NCBI RefSeq assembly: GCF_963921235.1
Contig: NC_086109.1
Span: forward strand, 29,762,001-29,826,000
Direction: 5' to 3'
DNA: 64,000 nt
Origin: Mobula hypostoma
Lineage: Eukaryota
This document shows positions 50,360 through 64,000 of this stretch, in pieces; position 1 is the stretch's first letter, and each line of letters starts with the position of its first letter. A model generated the notes under the pieces. It was not told the origin of the DNA. It made no database searches and saw only the letters and a program-made list of their open reading frames with translations. The translations under genes were made by a program, and so were the position numbers.

Positions 50360-51046
50360 GGGGAGGGGAGGAGAAGATGGCGGCGCGACGCTGCCACTCC
50401 GAAATGATATTGCATATGTTAAGTAGGTACCGTGAACAATCCTGATTTGATGGAGACAGACATGAGAAGCCCGGAGAAACATCTGGAGAAACTTCTGAAA
50501 TGCCTGCTTCGCTGCCGTTGCTACTGCGCGATCAAGAATCTCCGGAGGGGAAGGCCCCAAATCCTCGGCTTTGCCTATTCTATTGCCTGTTGCCAGGGCC
50601 GTGGTTGAAGCGCTCGGCAGAGATGGTGCTCAGTGCTCGGTATTGGAGGGCTGGTCGGAGGCTCGAAGTTTTCGGACAGACTCAAGAGTCGGCTGCAGTC
50701 GGGTGCTTCCAGGGTGCTGCATCGTCAAGTTTGTGGCACTGGAGGTTCATGGGAGGAAGAGAGTTTCTCTTTCTTCTACCATCTGTGTGAGATGATGGGA
50801 CTTTCGAGAGACTTTGAGACTTTTTTTTACCGTGTCCATGATCTGTTCTTTATCAAATTACGGTATTGCTTTACACTGTTGTAACTATATGTTATAATTA
50901 TGTGGTTTTGTCAGTTTTTTTAGTCTTGGTTTGTTTTGTGTTTCTGTGATATCATTCTGGAGGAACATTGTATCATTTCTTAATGCATGCACTACTAAAT
51001 GACAATAAAAGAGGACTTCGTGTCCTCATAATCTGATCTAATCTAA
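50360..51046 (+). mobile_element. (aatct)n-tailed non-coding retroposon, copy 2
   Basis: gaagatggcggcg head, aataaaagaggac...aatctaatctaa tail. Confidence 0.85.
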
Positions 51047-52307
51047 TAACAGAGTTCCATACAATGTTCCCTCAGATTCAACAAAGAAGGTTCAGTATAA
51101 AACAGAGCAACCACTCAGCAAGTCAGGAAAAACCTTTCAATTTACAAATAAAATTCAAATACAAATTTATGTTAAATGTTGTCCGAAGAATTTGTTGGTA
51201 TGAAAATCGAAGACTCCAAAGCCTTAGACATTCAATTTTCTATGACTTTAATAAATACATATTTTGAAAGACTTTAATAATAAAAGCTCAAATATTTACT
51301 CACTAAAAATTGACAGAAATACTATAACATATAAAATGATGGATGATTGGGCATTAAACTAAACTTTTGAATGTTAGGAAATTGTTGCAAAATATTATGC
51401 CACAGATACCTACTGGCCTGACTCATTCACAACAATCATAAAAAGAATTACAACTACTAGAGTGAACTATTGGATTCCTAATGGATTTGATACAGTAGTC
51501 TGGAATAACCTAATTAATCTTCATGTGGTATTAGGATGGCCGAAATTCACTCAGTAGAATAGACAGCAGAGATCCAAATGGCAGGTCCAATGTCTATGGA
51601 AACTATAGAGCATATGATAATTCTATGATTATTCTAAATTATTTTTCAGATGTAATGCGGGTCTTCTGTCTGTCAAAATCCCATCAGAACCTTGTTGAAT
51701 TCAATTAACTCCTCTCTCATGTTTCTAAACTCTAACGGTAAAGTAATCAACTTTTAAAAAATTATTATTTTACAATAGAAGAATAAAGTTAACTAAAACT
51801 TAAAAGCATGTGCAAACAATTCAAAAAATTAAATGGAAACAATGACGAAAACATCTGATCTTCCTCCACTGTTATTTTACTTGCTGTACTATGGCAGTTC
51901 AGTTCTGAACCATAAGCCTTAACAAGCAAGTCCAACCCCCAAAGCGTTCACAATGCAAATACACATCTAACTGCTCCAAAAAAATAACTTAACCTGAAAC
52001 TGTTCAGAAAGGATTTCATCTTCTCTTTCTAATCTGCAGACCTGCAGTTCCCCATTGAAACCAATGGGTCTCCAATCGCATTTCAGACAGGATCTAAGAA
52101 CCACTTGCAAATCTCTGCAGGAATAAGCCTTGCCATTTGACACCACGCGGAAATGAGCGTCAGAATGAATCAGCAGACTCAGTGTTCCAGTCCAACATAA
52201 GGACCAGGACTTTGTTGCCTGACAATGGAATGAACTTACAGAGAAACATAAAAAAGGAGCACACGAACCTCCTTCTCACTATCTAATCTCATCAACATCT
52301 CATCTTT

Positions 52308-53248
52308 GTCTTGTCTCCCTTTCTCTTCACCATTTACACCTCGGACATCAACTACTGCACAGAGTCTTGTCATCTTCAGAAGTTTTCGGATGACTCTGCC
52401 ATAGTTGGATGCATCAGCAAGGGAGATGAGGCTGAGTACAGGGCTACGGTGGGAAACTTTGTCACATGGTGTCAGCAGAATTATCTGCAGCTTAATGTGA
52501 AAAAGATTAAGGAGCTGGTGGTAGACCTGAGGAGAGCAAAGGTACCGGTGACCCCTGTTTCCATCCAGGGAGTCAGTGTGGACATGGTGGAGGATTACAA
52601 ATACCTGGGGATACGAATTGACAATAAACTGGACTGGTCAAAGAACACTGAGGCTGTCTACAAGAAGAGTCAGAGCCGTCTCTATTTCCTGAAGAGACTG
52701 ACATCCTTTAACATCTGCCAGGCGATGCCGAGGATGTTCTACGAGTCTGTGGTGGCCAGTGCGATCATGTTTGCTGTTGTGTGCTGGGGCAGCAAGCTGA
52801 GGGTAGCAGACACCAACAGAATCAACAAACTCATTCGTAAGGCCAGAGATGTTGTGGGGATGGAACTGGACTCTCTCACGGTGGTGTCTGAAAAGAGGAT
52901 GCTGTCTAAGTTGCATGCCATCTTGGTCAATGTCTCCCATCCACTACATAATGTACCGGGTCGGCACAGGAGTACATTCAGCCAGAGACTCATTCCACCG
53001 AGATGCAACACAGAGCATCATAGGAAGTCATTCCTGCCTGTGGCCATCAAACCTTACAACTCCTCCCTTGAAGGGTCAGACATCCTGAGCCAAGAGGCTG
53101 CTCCTGGACTTACTTCATAATTTACTGGCATAATTTACATATTACTATTTATGGTTCTATCACTATTTATTATTTATGGAGCAACTGTAACAAAAACCAA
53201 TTTCCCCCAGGATCAATAAAGTATGACTATGACTATGAGTATGACTAT
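52308..53248 (+). mobile_element. Young 5'-truncated Rex/Babar-type LINE with 269-aa open RT C-terminal frame
   Basis: LSPFLFTIYT, KFSDDSAIVG, LQLNVKKIKELVVDLR, YKYLG, SRLYFLKRL; AATAAA plus (tatgac)n tail. Confidence 0.92.
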
Positions 53249-54619
53249 CTTTTTGCTTCTATCCTCATTTGTTTGAGGATCCCCTTCAATGCAAAGTTCG
53301 AAGGTTAAAGTACATTTATTATCAAAGTATGTATACATTATACAACCTTGAGATTTGTCTCCCTACAGACAGCCACAAAAGTAAGAAGCCCCACTAAAAA
53401 AATGAAGACTGTCAAACACCCATTGCGCAGAGAGAAAGAAAAAGAAACAAATTTTGCAAACAATAGAAGTAAGCAAACAGCTTCAGAATCAAAGTTTCAT
53501 GAAAGACACGAAGCCAGGCACCACCCCAGCTGGGGCAGGCCACAGGCTCAGCTCATCACAAGACCAAGCAGACACTACAACACCACGGACGCGAAGCCAG
53601 GGATCCATGCCATTTCGTTACCCATGTCAGGTGGCTTCAAACTCTTTAAGTAAAATATTTTTCTCTAGAATTCAATGCTAGCTTTATTTGTGACCAGCTT
53701 ACATGTATGGCCCAGTTCTGATGAGCTCTACCAGTAAAAGTACTTGCCTGGTTCAGACTCAGATTCAGATTTATTTATTAATCACACATACATCAAAACA
53801 TACAGTGAAATGTGTCCTTTGCATTAGCAAATGACACAACCAAGGGTGTGATGGAGCAGTCTGCAAGTGTCACTACGAATTCTGGTGCCAACATAGCATT
53901 GCCCACCAAGTTGAGCAGAACAATACAAGCAACAACAGCAAGAACGGATCATGTTATGGATGTTCTCTTTCCAGGACTCGAGAGGATAATGGCTAAACTC
54001 AACGTGACATGTCCAAGGGGCCAGAGTTGGTAGTGATAAAGGAAAACTTTTAGCAAATATTCATTGCTTAGCTTTATGTTGTATATAACATCCAGTTCTT
54101 AATAAAAATTGCAAGCAACAATCAGTTTTGAAGTTGGAGGCACATCTTTGCAAAATGAAGTGGCCATGGAACTTGTCTGCATTAACCATTTGCAAGAGAA
54201 TGGGGTTATGTCAGCCAGCACATTAAGCATGGTTACAAGTTGGGATATTTGTGTATTTTCAGGGGGTCAGCCCTCACAGCATTTGTTGTGGATGTTGTGG
54301 ATCACTATTGGCAGAAACTTTTAAAACCATCTGTGTGAGTTAACTTGTCCCAGCAAAGATACCTGTAAATCATCATATGTAGATGATGTCATTCAGTACA
54401 ATATAGAACAAATATCAGAAGCATTGAGGGTTGTTAGGAATGACAAAAAGAATGACAGAGAGAAGAACTAGAATTCACTACCCAACCTCTGGTTCCTGCG
54501 ACAGATGCAACTCATTGGTCTGTTCTTATAGCTTGTAAGAATTGTACCTGTGTTTGGAAATCCTTTGCGGTTTGTAAATCAAGTTCAGTTTCAAGTTTAT
54601 TGTCATCTGCCTGTACATA

Positions 54620-55150
54620 CAGTACAGTGCAAAGGTCTGAGTCACACATATATATAGCTAAGGTGCCTAAGAGTTTTGCACAACGCTGTATTTGTCAACG
54701 TGAAGCAGAGACCGAGTTTGTAAATCTGGCGGTAGCAAAGGAGGTTAGGAATGGTGAGGGTGGAGTGAAGCAGGAGGGCTGAGGGACAGGTGGTAGAGAA
54801 GGAGTGCCGGGTAGCATGGGCACAGACAAACCCAGCCCTGAGACACCAGGCAGGGTTATTTGATTCCAAACACTTGGTTTATTGGTCACTACAGAATGTC
54901 TCTCTGGTGCTTCCCACCTCCTCCTCTCTCTCTTCCCCTTTTCCCAACCATGACTCCCCTCTTGCTGGCCCTTTCCCTCACCCAGTCCACAATAGAGACC
55001 CAAATCATCTCTCACATATGTCATGAATATCGTTATTTTTCTGTGCCACCAGTATAGTGCAATGCATAAAATTACTACAGTGCTGTGCAAAAAGTCTTAG
55101 GCATCTTATCTATATACAGTATATGTGCCTATGACTTTTGCACAGTACTG
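54620..55150. mobile_element. Composite Tc1-like non-autonomous element, copy 2 (complete)
   Basis: TA-flanked; palindromic about 70-bp units at 54620-54688 and 55078-55150 with TIR approximately cagtactgtgcaaaagtcttaggcac. Confidence 0.8.
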
Positions 55151-55514
55151 TATATACAATCAAATAAAACAACGTTCCTCCAGATCACGCTGTGCCCGCA
55201 CAACTTATATCACACGCAGCACATAAACCAAATATTACAATAAATAATTTGGTAAAATATCATTCAAAATGCATGAAATAAAGGGCAGCACAGGTAAACA
55301 GGAAACAGTACAGTAAACAGCTCACTGTCCTACGGAAGGGACCTCAGTGGTGGCAGCATATTCATTAGTCTCACAGCCTGTGGGTAGAAGCTGTTACCTA
55401 GTCTGGCATTCGTAGTCCTGATGGTTCTGTACAGCCTTCCTGATGGTAGTCAGATTGTGGAATGGATGGTAGGGATCCTCAATAATGCTTTAGACTGTAA
55501 TGTTCCTGGTAAAC

Positions 55515-56178
55515 AGCAGCGTGCGCGGCCATTTCGGTGGTGATGTCTGTTATCTGTCAAGTAGGGGACCGTGCACAATTCTGATTTGATGGAGACAGAC
55601 GTGAGAGCACGGAGGAACATCTGGAAAACTTCTGAAATGCCTGTTTCACTGCCGCTGCTACTGTGTGGTAACCGGAATCGCTGGAGCTGAAGGCCCTGAA
55701 ATCCTCAGCTTTGCGTGTTTCAGCGGCCGGGGAGAGGTCGAAGGCGCTCGGCAGAGAGTGGCGCTTGGGAGGCTGTATCGGAGAGGCTGGTCGGAACCTC
55801 GAAGTTTTCGGACGGATGGACTCAGTGTCGGCTCTGGTCAGCTGCTTCCAATGTATCAGCAAGTTGACGGTGCCTGGAGGTTTATGGCAGGGAGTTTCTC
55901 CCTTTAGTCGCCTGCTATCGGGGACTTGGGAGTTGATCGACTCAGGACTTTGAGACTTTTTTTTACCGTGCCCATGGTCTGTTCTTCATCAAATTATGGT
56001 ATTGCTTTGCACTGCTGTAACTATATATTATAATTATGTGGTTCTGTCAGTGTAAGTCTTTGGTTTGTCCTGTTTTCTGTGATATCACTCCGGAGAAACA
56101 TTGTATCATTTCTTAATGCATGTATGCATTTCTAAATGACAATAAAAGAGGGCTGAGTGTTCTCATAATCTAATCTAA
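55515..56178 (+). mobile_element. (aatct)n-tailed non-coding retroposon, copy 3
   Basis: Collinear with 50360-51046; tail cataatctaatctaa. Confidence 0.85.
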
Positions 56179-56181
56179 ATG

Positions 56182-57350
56182 TCACAGATAGGGGAAAGGG
56201 AGACTCCAATGATCCTCTGTAGGGCCTCGTGGTATGAAGCCTTTGTAGCTTCTGTGCCACACAATGATGCAGCCAGACGGGACACTCTCGACAGTGCTCC
56301 TGTAGAAAGTTATTAGAATGGGGGCAGGGGGTCTTGCATGCTTCACGCTCCTCAAAACGTGTAGATGCTGGTGTGCTTTCTTGAGTAGTGAGGAGGTGTT
56401 GTGGGTCCAGGTCAGATCATCCATTATGTATACACCAAGGAACTTCGTGCTCTTCATTCTCTCCACGGCAGAGCCATTGATGTGCAATGAAGGGTGGTCA
56501 ATCTGTGCTTTCCTGAAGTCCACAATCATCTCTTTTGTCTCCTCCACGTTGAGACTCAGGTTGTTGTTCGTGCACCATTTGACAAGCCTCTCTATTTCCT
56601 CCCTGCAGGCCGACTCATCATCAGCGAACTTGATGAAGCAGTGTGAGTTGAAACTGGCAGTGCAGTCGTCAGTCAGCATGAGCAGCAGTGGACTGAGCAC
56701 ACAACCCTGAGGGACACCAGTGCTCAGTATGATGGAGCCTGAGATATTGCTGCTAACTCGTACTGACTGAGGTCCTTCCATCAAGATATCCACGGTCCAG
56801 TTACAGAGAGCTGTGCTGAGTCCCAAAAGCCCCTGAGAGATGATTGTGTTAAGCACCAAGCTGAAGTCGATGAACAACATTCTGGTGCATGGGCATTATT
56901 TTCTAGGTGTGACAGGATGGAATGGAGGGCCAAGGCTAAGGCATCATCAGTGGGCCAGTTTGAATGGTTTGAGCAGTAATCCAGTTTATTTTCCAGTGAT
57001 TGGACATTGGCGAGTAGAATCAGCAGGATCGTGGGCCTGCAGGGATCCACTTTAAGTCTCACATTGATACCGCCGCGCTTACCGCGCTCCTGCATTCAAA
57101 CATATCGCTTCCTTCGGGTTGCTTCCCGGAGGAGCAGTAATAGACCATGAGATGGAGCGAGAGCACATTCCCTGCATTAGTGCATAATTGAACAGCACCT
57201 TCTGTGCGCGCTGCCAAGGTAGATTGGCAGATTTTAGTGTTCTTAATGTTCAGCAGTTATTTTTCAGTCATAGGAAATATGAAGAGGACAAAAACATTTC
57301 ACTGTTGGTTGGAGACAGAGTGGCTGTTGCTGCCATGAACACCCTTATCT
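56182..57350 (-). mobile_element. Older, internally deleted Rex/Babar-type LINE
   Basis: LLANVQSLENKLD (endonuclease start), [32 protein letters not shown]. Confidence 0.88.
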
Positions 57351-58537
57351 TGTGATGTAATCTTTTATAAACTGGAAATCTTTTATAAATCAGAAACTTT
57401 GTGAGTGTTAAATGTTTGTTAATATCTATATGTCTAAATTCAAATGTGTTTCATTAAAAGTAAATTTAACTGTGTTTAAACTGCTTTGATAGCTGGAAGT
57501 ATCCCCTGCTTGCTATGGAGGTGAGACCCAACCTCACTGCAGATACTAGAAAGGGAAGAAGGTTAGTCCTCGAAGTATAGGTAGATACAGCAAAACTTCC
57601 CTATTGTGAGTGTACCCCGAGATATCTATATCAGATAGGGCTTAAAATCTTCTGAGTTTAGCGCTTTGCAAAAAAGGAGCTATCAAAACCAACACAAGGC
57701 ATCAACAGCAAACAAACTCCTTTCCCACCCTCCCACCTGCCCGTCCCCTCACATAGGTAGACTGGCCTAAAACCCCAGGACAGACTGCCTCCAGGCCTCT
57801 AAACCTCCAGAGCCACAGACATCGGCCTCCATCGGGCCACATTCCAGTTTTCCCAACAACCCCTTCACAATCTTAACATTCTGAGGTACTTATAAAACAA
57901 AACTTGCAGTGACTGATATCTTCAGTACCAACAGCTTCCCTTGCTTGTGCATACGTACATAAACCACAGTCCACATAAAGTCACTGTCAAATACTTGCAT
58001 CTTTCCCTTAACCATTAACTGTGCTCTCAACCTATTGGTACTTATTCCCAGATTCCAAGATCTTTCACAAAATTTGCTTCCTGGTAAATAACAGGGAACC
58101 AAATCCTCCACAGGAAGGCAATTGTCCAGTAGGCACTTTTGCCCACTTTTTTTCCCATCAACTGATTTGCTTCACAATCATCGATGTGTCTAAATCATTG
58201 CAAATTTTTTTGAGCACGGGCAGCGTGACCAAAGAGACTTAATGAATTCATTCTGCTAGTTAGATCAATTACTTCCCCAGGCAGCAAGCCTATTGCACTT
58301 GGCATTTTCAGACAGTTTCCCTTCCAAGTACTGACCAAGGCTGAAAATGTTTCGCCCAGTCACACACAGAAGCATGTCTGGAACACTGATCTATTACTCC
58401 CCATTGTAACCAGAGAATGTAAAATTCAAATATTCCCATCCTTCAGTTGGGTGCATTTCAAAGTGAAAGAAGTGATCTCTGTTTAAATTTCAAATACACT
58501 GTTCCAATTTTCAGTGAAGATATTTAGGTTATTATAA

Positions 58538-58842
58538 GCACAAAAGATGCTGTAAAGCTAGAGCAATACATATGGTATGCTGGAGCAACTGAGCTGATCA
58601 GGCACTGTCTATGATGAGGAATAAACAGTTGATGTTTTGGGCTGAGATCTTTTGTTAGGACTGGAAAGGAAGGAGGAAGAAGCTAGAATAAGAGCAAACT
58701 GGCTCAACTGGTTTCACCTATCGCCTGTCACCTTCTTATTCTGTCTTCTTTCTAGTTCTGATGAAGGGTCTCTGCACAAAACATTCCTCCCCCATGGATG
58801 CTGCCTGACCTGCTGGGTTCCTCCAGTACTTTGTGTGTGCTA
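58538..58842. mobile_element. Old fold-back Penelope insertion
   Basis: Antisense arm about 58540-58690 and sense arm about 58700-58840 containing ctgatgaagggtctc. Confidence 0.7.
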
Positions 58843-59419
58843 CATGCTGTTATTCTGTTTTCTTTTCAAGGCGTATGGTGCCACCTATTGACTTGGTCAA
58901 GGAAAGCAGATATCTTGTATATCTTTCCTGGCAATACAACCAATTCAAATTGCGAGGCTGAAATTCCACTGTTTTATAGAAAAATGCAACATATAACTGT
59001 ACAGCTCAGAAACAGGTCCTTCAGCCCATCATATATGTAATGACCATGATTCCAATTTAGATTGCAAATCTGAACATGACCTATATCCTTCTATTCCCTT
59101 TCTGTTCATTTGCCTATCTAAATGTTGTCAAAGTTCATACAGGTTCCTATGCTGAACTGGCAATTAGAAACCCAAAGCTCCCTGATAATTAGGATAACAT
59201 TCAAAGGAGAAAAGGTAGTACAGTAAAACAAGTTAAAATCCTCACAGGCAGGAAGGAACAATATTCACTTCTTCCTTTCATTCAACTTTATTGAACTGCC
59301 CAAGATGCTCCAGCAAGGCTTATTCAAACAGTAAAAGTTGCCATGTTAAGAAAGCAATGCAAGGGATAACCAATGGCCTAGTTAAACTAGTGTATTCTAA
59401 AGAGGATTTTAGAGAGTTT

Positions 59420-59580
59420 TATAGAATTGTACCACACAGAGGAACTCTATTCAAACTATTCAGTCTGTTCCTGCTTCTAATAATTTAGTTCCTTGTGTTA
59501 TAGAACTATACCAACATAGAAGAAGCCTATTGAGACTATTCAGTTTGTTCTTACTTCTAATAGTTTAGTTCCTTCTGTAC
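59420..59580. repeat. Diverged tandem duplication of about 80 bp
   Basis: actattcagtctgttcctgcttctaataatttagttcctt versus actattcagtttgttcttacttctaatagtttagttcctt. Confidence 0.85.
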
Positions 59581-61653
59581 AATTCCCCATTGTTTACTAT
59601 ATCACTGCAAACTGTTCTATTCCAAGAGATAATCCAGCACATGCTGTGCGAGAAGCTAATTGTTTTGTTTTTATTGTTACAGTTGGTAGCCTTTGTCCAC
59701 TACCTGTTGCTGTGGTAAACACAGCATCATATTCAATGCCAGAACAACAGTTTGAAAAAGGTCACATTGCCCTGAAATTCCCTTATCTCTCTTCCCGTTA
59801 ATTTGATAAATGCATGCAACAGTTAAAAGAAGCCATATATATGGATGGGAGCAACAAAACACAACGGCAGTAACTATGGATGTATTTTGAGGTATGTCCT
59901 ATTACATTGTCAAGTGCAGTACGAAATGATGAAAATATTTGCCTCCAGCACATGCTGAACTGATGGCTGTAGTACATGATTTCTTATGTAGTCTTGTTGC
60001 AGTAACATGCCAACATCATTCACCTCGTTCAATACAGGATCATCTTCTTCAAAGTGGTATCACATGCTCATGGTGTTCACTTTGCTTTTCTTGCTATAAG
60101 CAGATATGAGTTTTATAGTCCATTTAAATCAAGATCAAGAGAGTTCTATGGAAGGAATGAACGATCACAGCCCAAAATGTCGACTGTTTATTCCCCTCCA
60201 TTTACGCTGCCTGCCTTACTGAGTTGTTCCAGCATTTTGTGTGTGTTGCTCAAGATTTCCTGCATCTGCATAGTACATAATATTACAGAAAGAAATGTAG
60301 ATATGTTTAAGTAAAATATTATATTCAAAAAGGAATTTTTTTTTACTGAGAATGATATGAAGGTTCTAATACATTAAGTCAATATCTCATTCTGATGTCA
60401 AAGAAGAATTTCTTCAAACCAAAAAAATTCTCTACCCACCCAGTTGCTTTTCAACTATATATGAACCCTAACAGGCATTAAAAATTCTTTACATCCAGTA
60501 CTAAATCTTTAACTCTGGTATTTCTGCAGATTTCACTGACGTCTAATTTCTACATTGTGAAATTTATTGGCACATAAATAAAGACCATCGTGAGATTGCA
60601 GGTCCACAATTCTACTCATGAATTAATGATTTAACATTTTTAAATTTTCTTACAATTAATTGTCGAGAAGTGAACAAGGGGCAAAAGCAAATCTTTGTCC
60701 TTCTGTCCATAGGAACGACAGTCAATTTAATTAATAAACCATAAATATTGTGAACACTGGTAATATTATTTTTAATTGCTTTTGGCTGCAATTCATGACT
60801 CATTGGATCAAACACTTGAATCATTCTAAAAATGAGTTTTAATGAGAAAGACTAAGTATTCCTAATGATTTGAATAAATCTATCCACATTCAATTTACCA
60901 ATTGTCATTAATCAAAATTTGCTTTTCTGTTGCCTTGGAAATAAAGGTCAGTTATGACTCAATAGCAGCATTTTTGCTCTGAAAGCTGGAAGTAATAGGC
61001 TCAAGCCTCATCCAAGATTTGAAGATATCCTGTCACTTTAAAATAATGCTGGTGTAGAATCTGAGGTATCATCTTCTTAAACATGTTTATTAAACCAAGT
61101 CCTATGTTAAAATTTATTGTTCCCAATACATGAATTTTAATTTGACCAGTGACAGCTTGAGGCTAAAATTATATTGGGATTGGGATCTGTGAAAAATCAT
61201 CTCTTTACCACATGTTTGTGTTCTGTAAAGCAGCAAATCTATTAAATATATATATATATGGTAAAGGTTCATCGCCACAAGATGGCAGACTTCAAAACTG
61301 ATGAGAAAAAGAGATTGACTAAAAATTCCAAGAAATCCAGAAATCCAGTTTGTATATTGGAAAACAAAAGTCAACAACTGAGAAATAAGGAGTGTGTAAC
61401 ATTTTAAATGAAAGCTACCAGTCAAAAGTAGGCAAACCATAAAGATATGTGTTCATGCCCACCCAGGCCTTCAAGAGACGAGACATCCTCTGTTCATAAT
61501 TGTTTACTGCAGAAAGGAAGCACAATTCAAAAGCAAATCCAATACAAAATGAAATTAGATGAACATTTGAGAAAAAAGAAACTTGAGTCTGAGTGAGATT
61601 CATTCAAGCACAGAGAAACATAGAAGCAGTATGCCACTCAGGCCTTCAAGATT

Positions 61654-62260
61654 AGTCATAGTCATAGTCATAGTCATAGACATACTTTATTGATCCCGGG
61701 AGAAATTGGTTTTCGCTACAGTTGCACCATAATTAATTAAACAGTAATAAAACCATAAATAATTAAATAGTAATATGTAAATTATGCCAGGAAATAAGTC
61801 CAGGACCAGCCTATTGGCTCAGGGTGTCTGACCCTCCAAGGGAGGAGTTGTAAAGTTTGACGGCCACAGGCAGGAATGACTTTCTTTGATGCTCTGTGTT
61901 GCATCTCAGTGGAATGAGTCTCTGGCTGAATGTACTCCTGTGCCCAATCAGTACATTATGTAGTGCATGGGAGACATTGTCCAAAATGGCATGCAACTTG
62001 GACAGCATCCTCCTTTCAGACACCACCGTCAGAGAGTCCAGTTCCATCCCCACAACATCACTGGCCTTATGAATGAGTTTGTTGATTCTGTTGGTATCTG
62101 CTACCCTCAGCCTGCTGCCCCAGCACACAACAGCAAACATGATCGCACTGGCCACCACAGACTCGTAGAACATCCTCAGCATCGTCCAGCAGATGTTAAA
62201 GGACCTCAGTCTCCTCAGGAAATAGAGGTGGCTCTGACCCTCCTTGTAGACAGCCTCAGT
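61654..62260 (-). mobile_element. Second copy of the young Rex/Babar-type LINE
   Basis: ORF 61811-62182 closely matches the C-terminal half of 52311-53120; (tagtca)n tail on + strand. Confidence 0.92.
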
Positions 62261-62594
62261 CTATACAGTAGGCCCTGCTATTCAGTAGGATTATATTTAA
62301 TAATCTACTTCAGTACAATGCACTTGCTGTCTTCCCATTCCTCTTAAATCCTATTGCATCTAGACAATTATTTGTCTCCTAACTCTGTCCAGCAACTTAC
62401 TCTCTACAGCCAAGTAAATATGACAATTAATAAATTTAAAGACAAATATCGATAAGAAGTTCCGAAGTGCCATCAAAGGATTAGCACTTTTTGTCCAAAG
62501 CTTTGTAAAATGAGAATGTGCTTTGTGAGTTGAATTGCTCAAGTTTTTCACCCTCAAAGTGATGAAAGTAAAAATCAAGCCAACCACTCTTAAT

Positions 62595-62925
62595 TAATAA
62601 GGCCACAAGGGCCCTTAGGGCTGCCTCAGCATTCAATATGATCATGACTGATCTATGCTGCTCTCAGCTTCTCCATAACCCTGAATTTCTTGATCTTTCA
62701 ACTATCCATCCATCACTACCTTAAACATATCTAATGATCTGGCCTTCAGCCCCCTTGGGGTCAGATAACTCCAGAGATTCAATACCCTCAGAGAGAAGAA
62801 ATTTCTACGCACTTCAGTATTAAATATCCACTTTGTAATTTTGTATCAATGTCCCTTTGTTTGTTGCTAGTAAAATCATCTCTAGATCTAATTTGACAGG
62901 CCCTTTAGAACCTTACATACTTGAA
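62595..62925 (-). mobile_element. Old CR1 3' fragment
   Basis: Minus strand EVRRNFFSLRVLNLWSYL remnant. Confidence 0.7.
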
Positions 62926-64000
62926 GCATATACCACAAACTTTTATGTTGTCCTAAAGTGAATATCAAGAGCTGGTGACCCTTGCACGGCGTAAAACTCA
63001 GCTCTGAAGGCTTGCAGTGAATTAGGATCATACCGAGTTCTTTGCAAATCATTCATACCTGGAGAAGAAATACTCCACTGCTCATTGCAAATCACCTGTA
63101 ATGCAAACAGAAGAGGAAGAAGATTGAAGCAACATTTAATATACTACAGTGATTCTGGTTGCCTTAAAACTGGTTTAACTTGTCTTGAGGCCTTTAAAAA
63201 TAAATTTGATCCATCTAAGACATTTCTCAGAGGTGTCAATGGATTTGAAAGAAACACTGCATTGAACAATAAGATATATTTTCAGTGGACAACCATGACT
63301 GTTGCAATGTGAATCAAAAGTAATTTCGATATCTGGAAAGCAATGCTACATATGCACTTATTATAAAATACCTATTTAAACATTTGGGAACTCACAGAAA
63401 CCTCAAAGTATGAAAATTCTATTTTGACATTACAAAAATTCCAAGGACAAGTTATATTCATCATCCAGGCAAGGTTATTCTATTGCGAAAGGGAAGAATA
63501 GGTCTGCTATCAGTCAGGAAATTCAGATATTCATGCAACACTGTTAGTAAAATAGAGATTATAAATTAAAAGGTTAGTTTATAAAAAATATAGTGCTAAA
63601 GATCAAATTGCTTCTTTTGAAAACACTAACTGCATCTTAACTTAGCTCCACCAGTTCATTATAGATGATAACTGCATTAGGCATTTAGAGATATAACTGC
63701 AAAATTAATAAAATAAAGGTGTCTACCAAATGACATCTGCGTGGGTAAAACACTCAACTACTCCTCGATCTCCTCTGTGTCAGAGTTGCTCAGTGTCAGT
63801 GGAATTCCAGTAGATCTAAGATTCACCTGGCCTGAGCCCCTTCACCATCCATGTACAATTTGTTAGACTTGTGCTGTTTATTCTTCACGACGCATCTATG
63901 TGCTTCTATTAGTGACACTTTCAACAGAGGCACCTACACTGTCAGATTATTGTTCCCCTTACTAGACCAAGGCCATCAAATCTAATCACAACAGTTCCAC

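Noticed and set aside
52311..53120. 269-aa ORF as a host gene
   Set aside because: It is the 5'-truncated RT C-terminus of a LINE, with a second copy at 61654-62260
63780..63935. Possible terminal exon on the minus strand
   Set aside because: Acceptor lacks a pyrimidine tract and the translations are short and unrecognisable

Overview
AT-rich, repeat-dense eukaryotic DNA, most likely intronic or intergenic. The repeat mix (abundant CR1 LINEs, Rex/Babar-type LINEs, Penelope elements, V-domain tRNA SINEs) points to a vertebrate, probably a cartilaginous fish such as a ray; this is inference. I found no confidently identifiable host protein-coding gene, and nearly all long ORFs are transposon relics. 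Four structures stand out. (i) Penelope-like retroelement ends carry minimal type-I hammerhead ribozyme motifs, two with intact cores (45502-45539, 49149-49186), and occur as fold-back insertions whose junctions fall on the ribozyme. (ii) A complete hAT/Buster transposon (13399-17295, TIRs plus 8-bp TSD) contains a nested Tx1-like LINE, a Penelope hairpin and a 46-bp tandem array. (iii) A composite Tc1-like element is bounded by two miniature palindromic MITEs. (iv) Four solo LTRs are present, most with identifiable TSDs. Boundaries of degenerate repeats are approximate, and family names come from motif recognition, not database searches.
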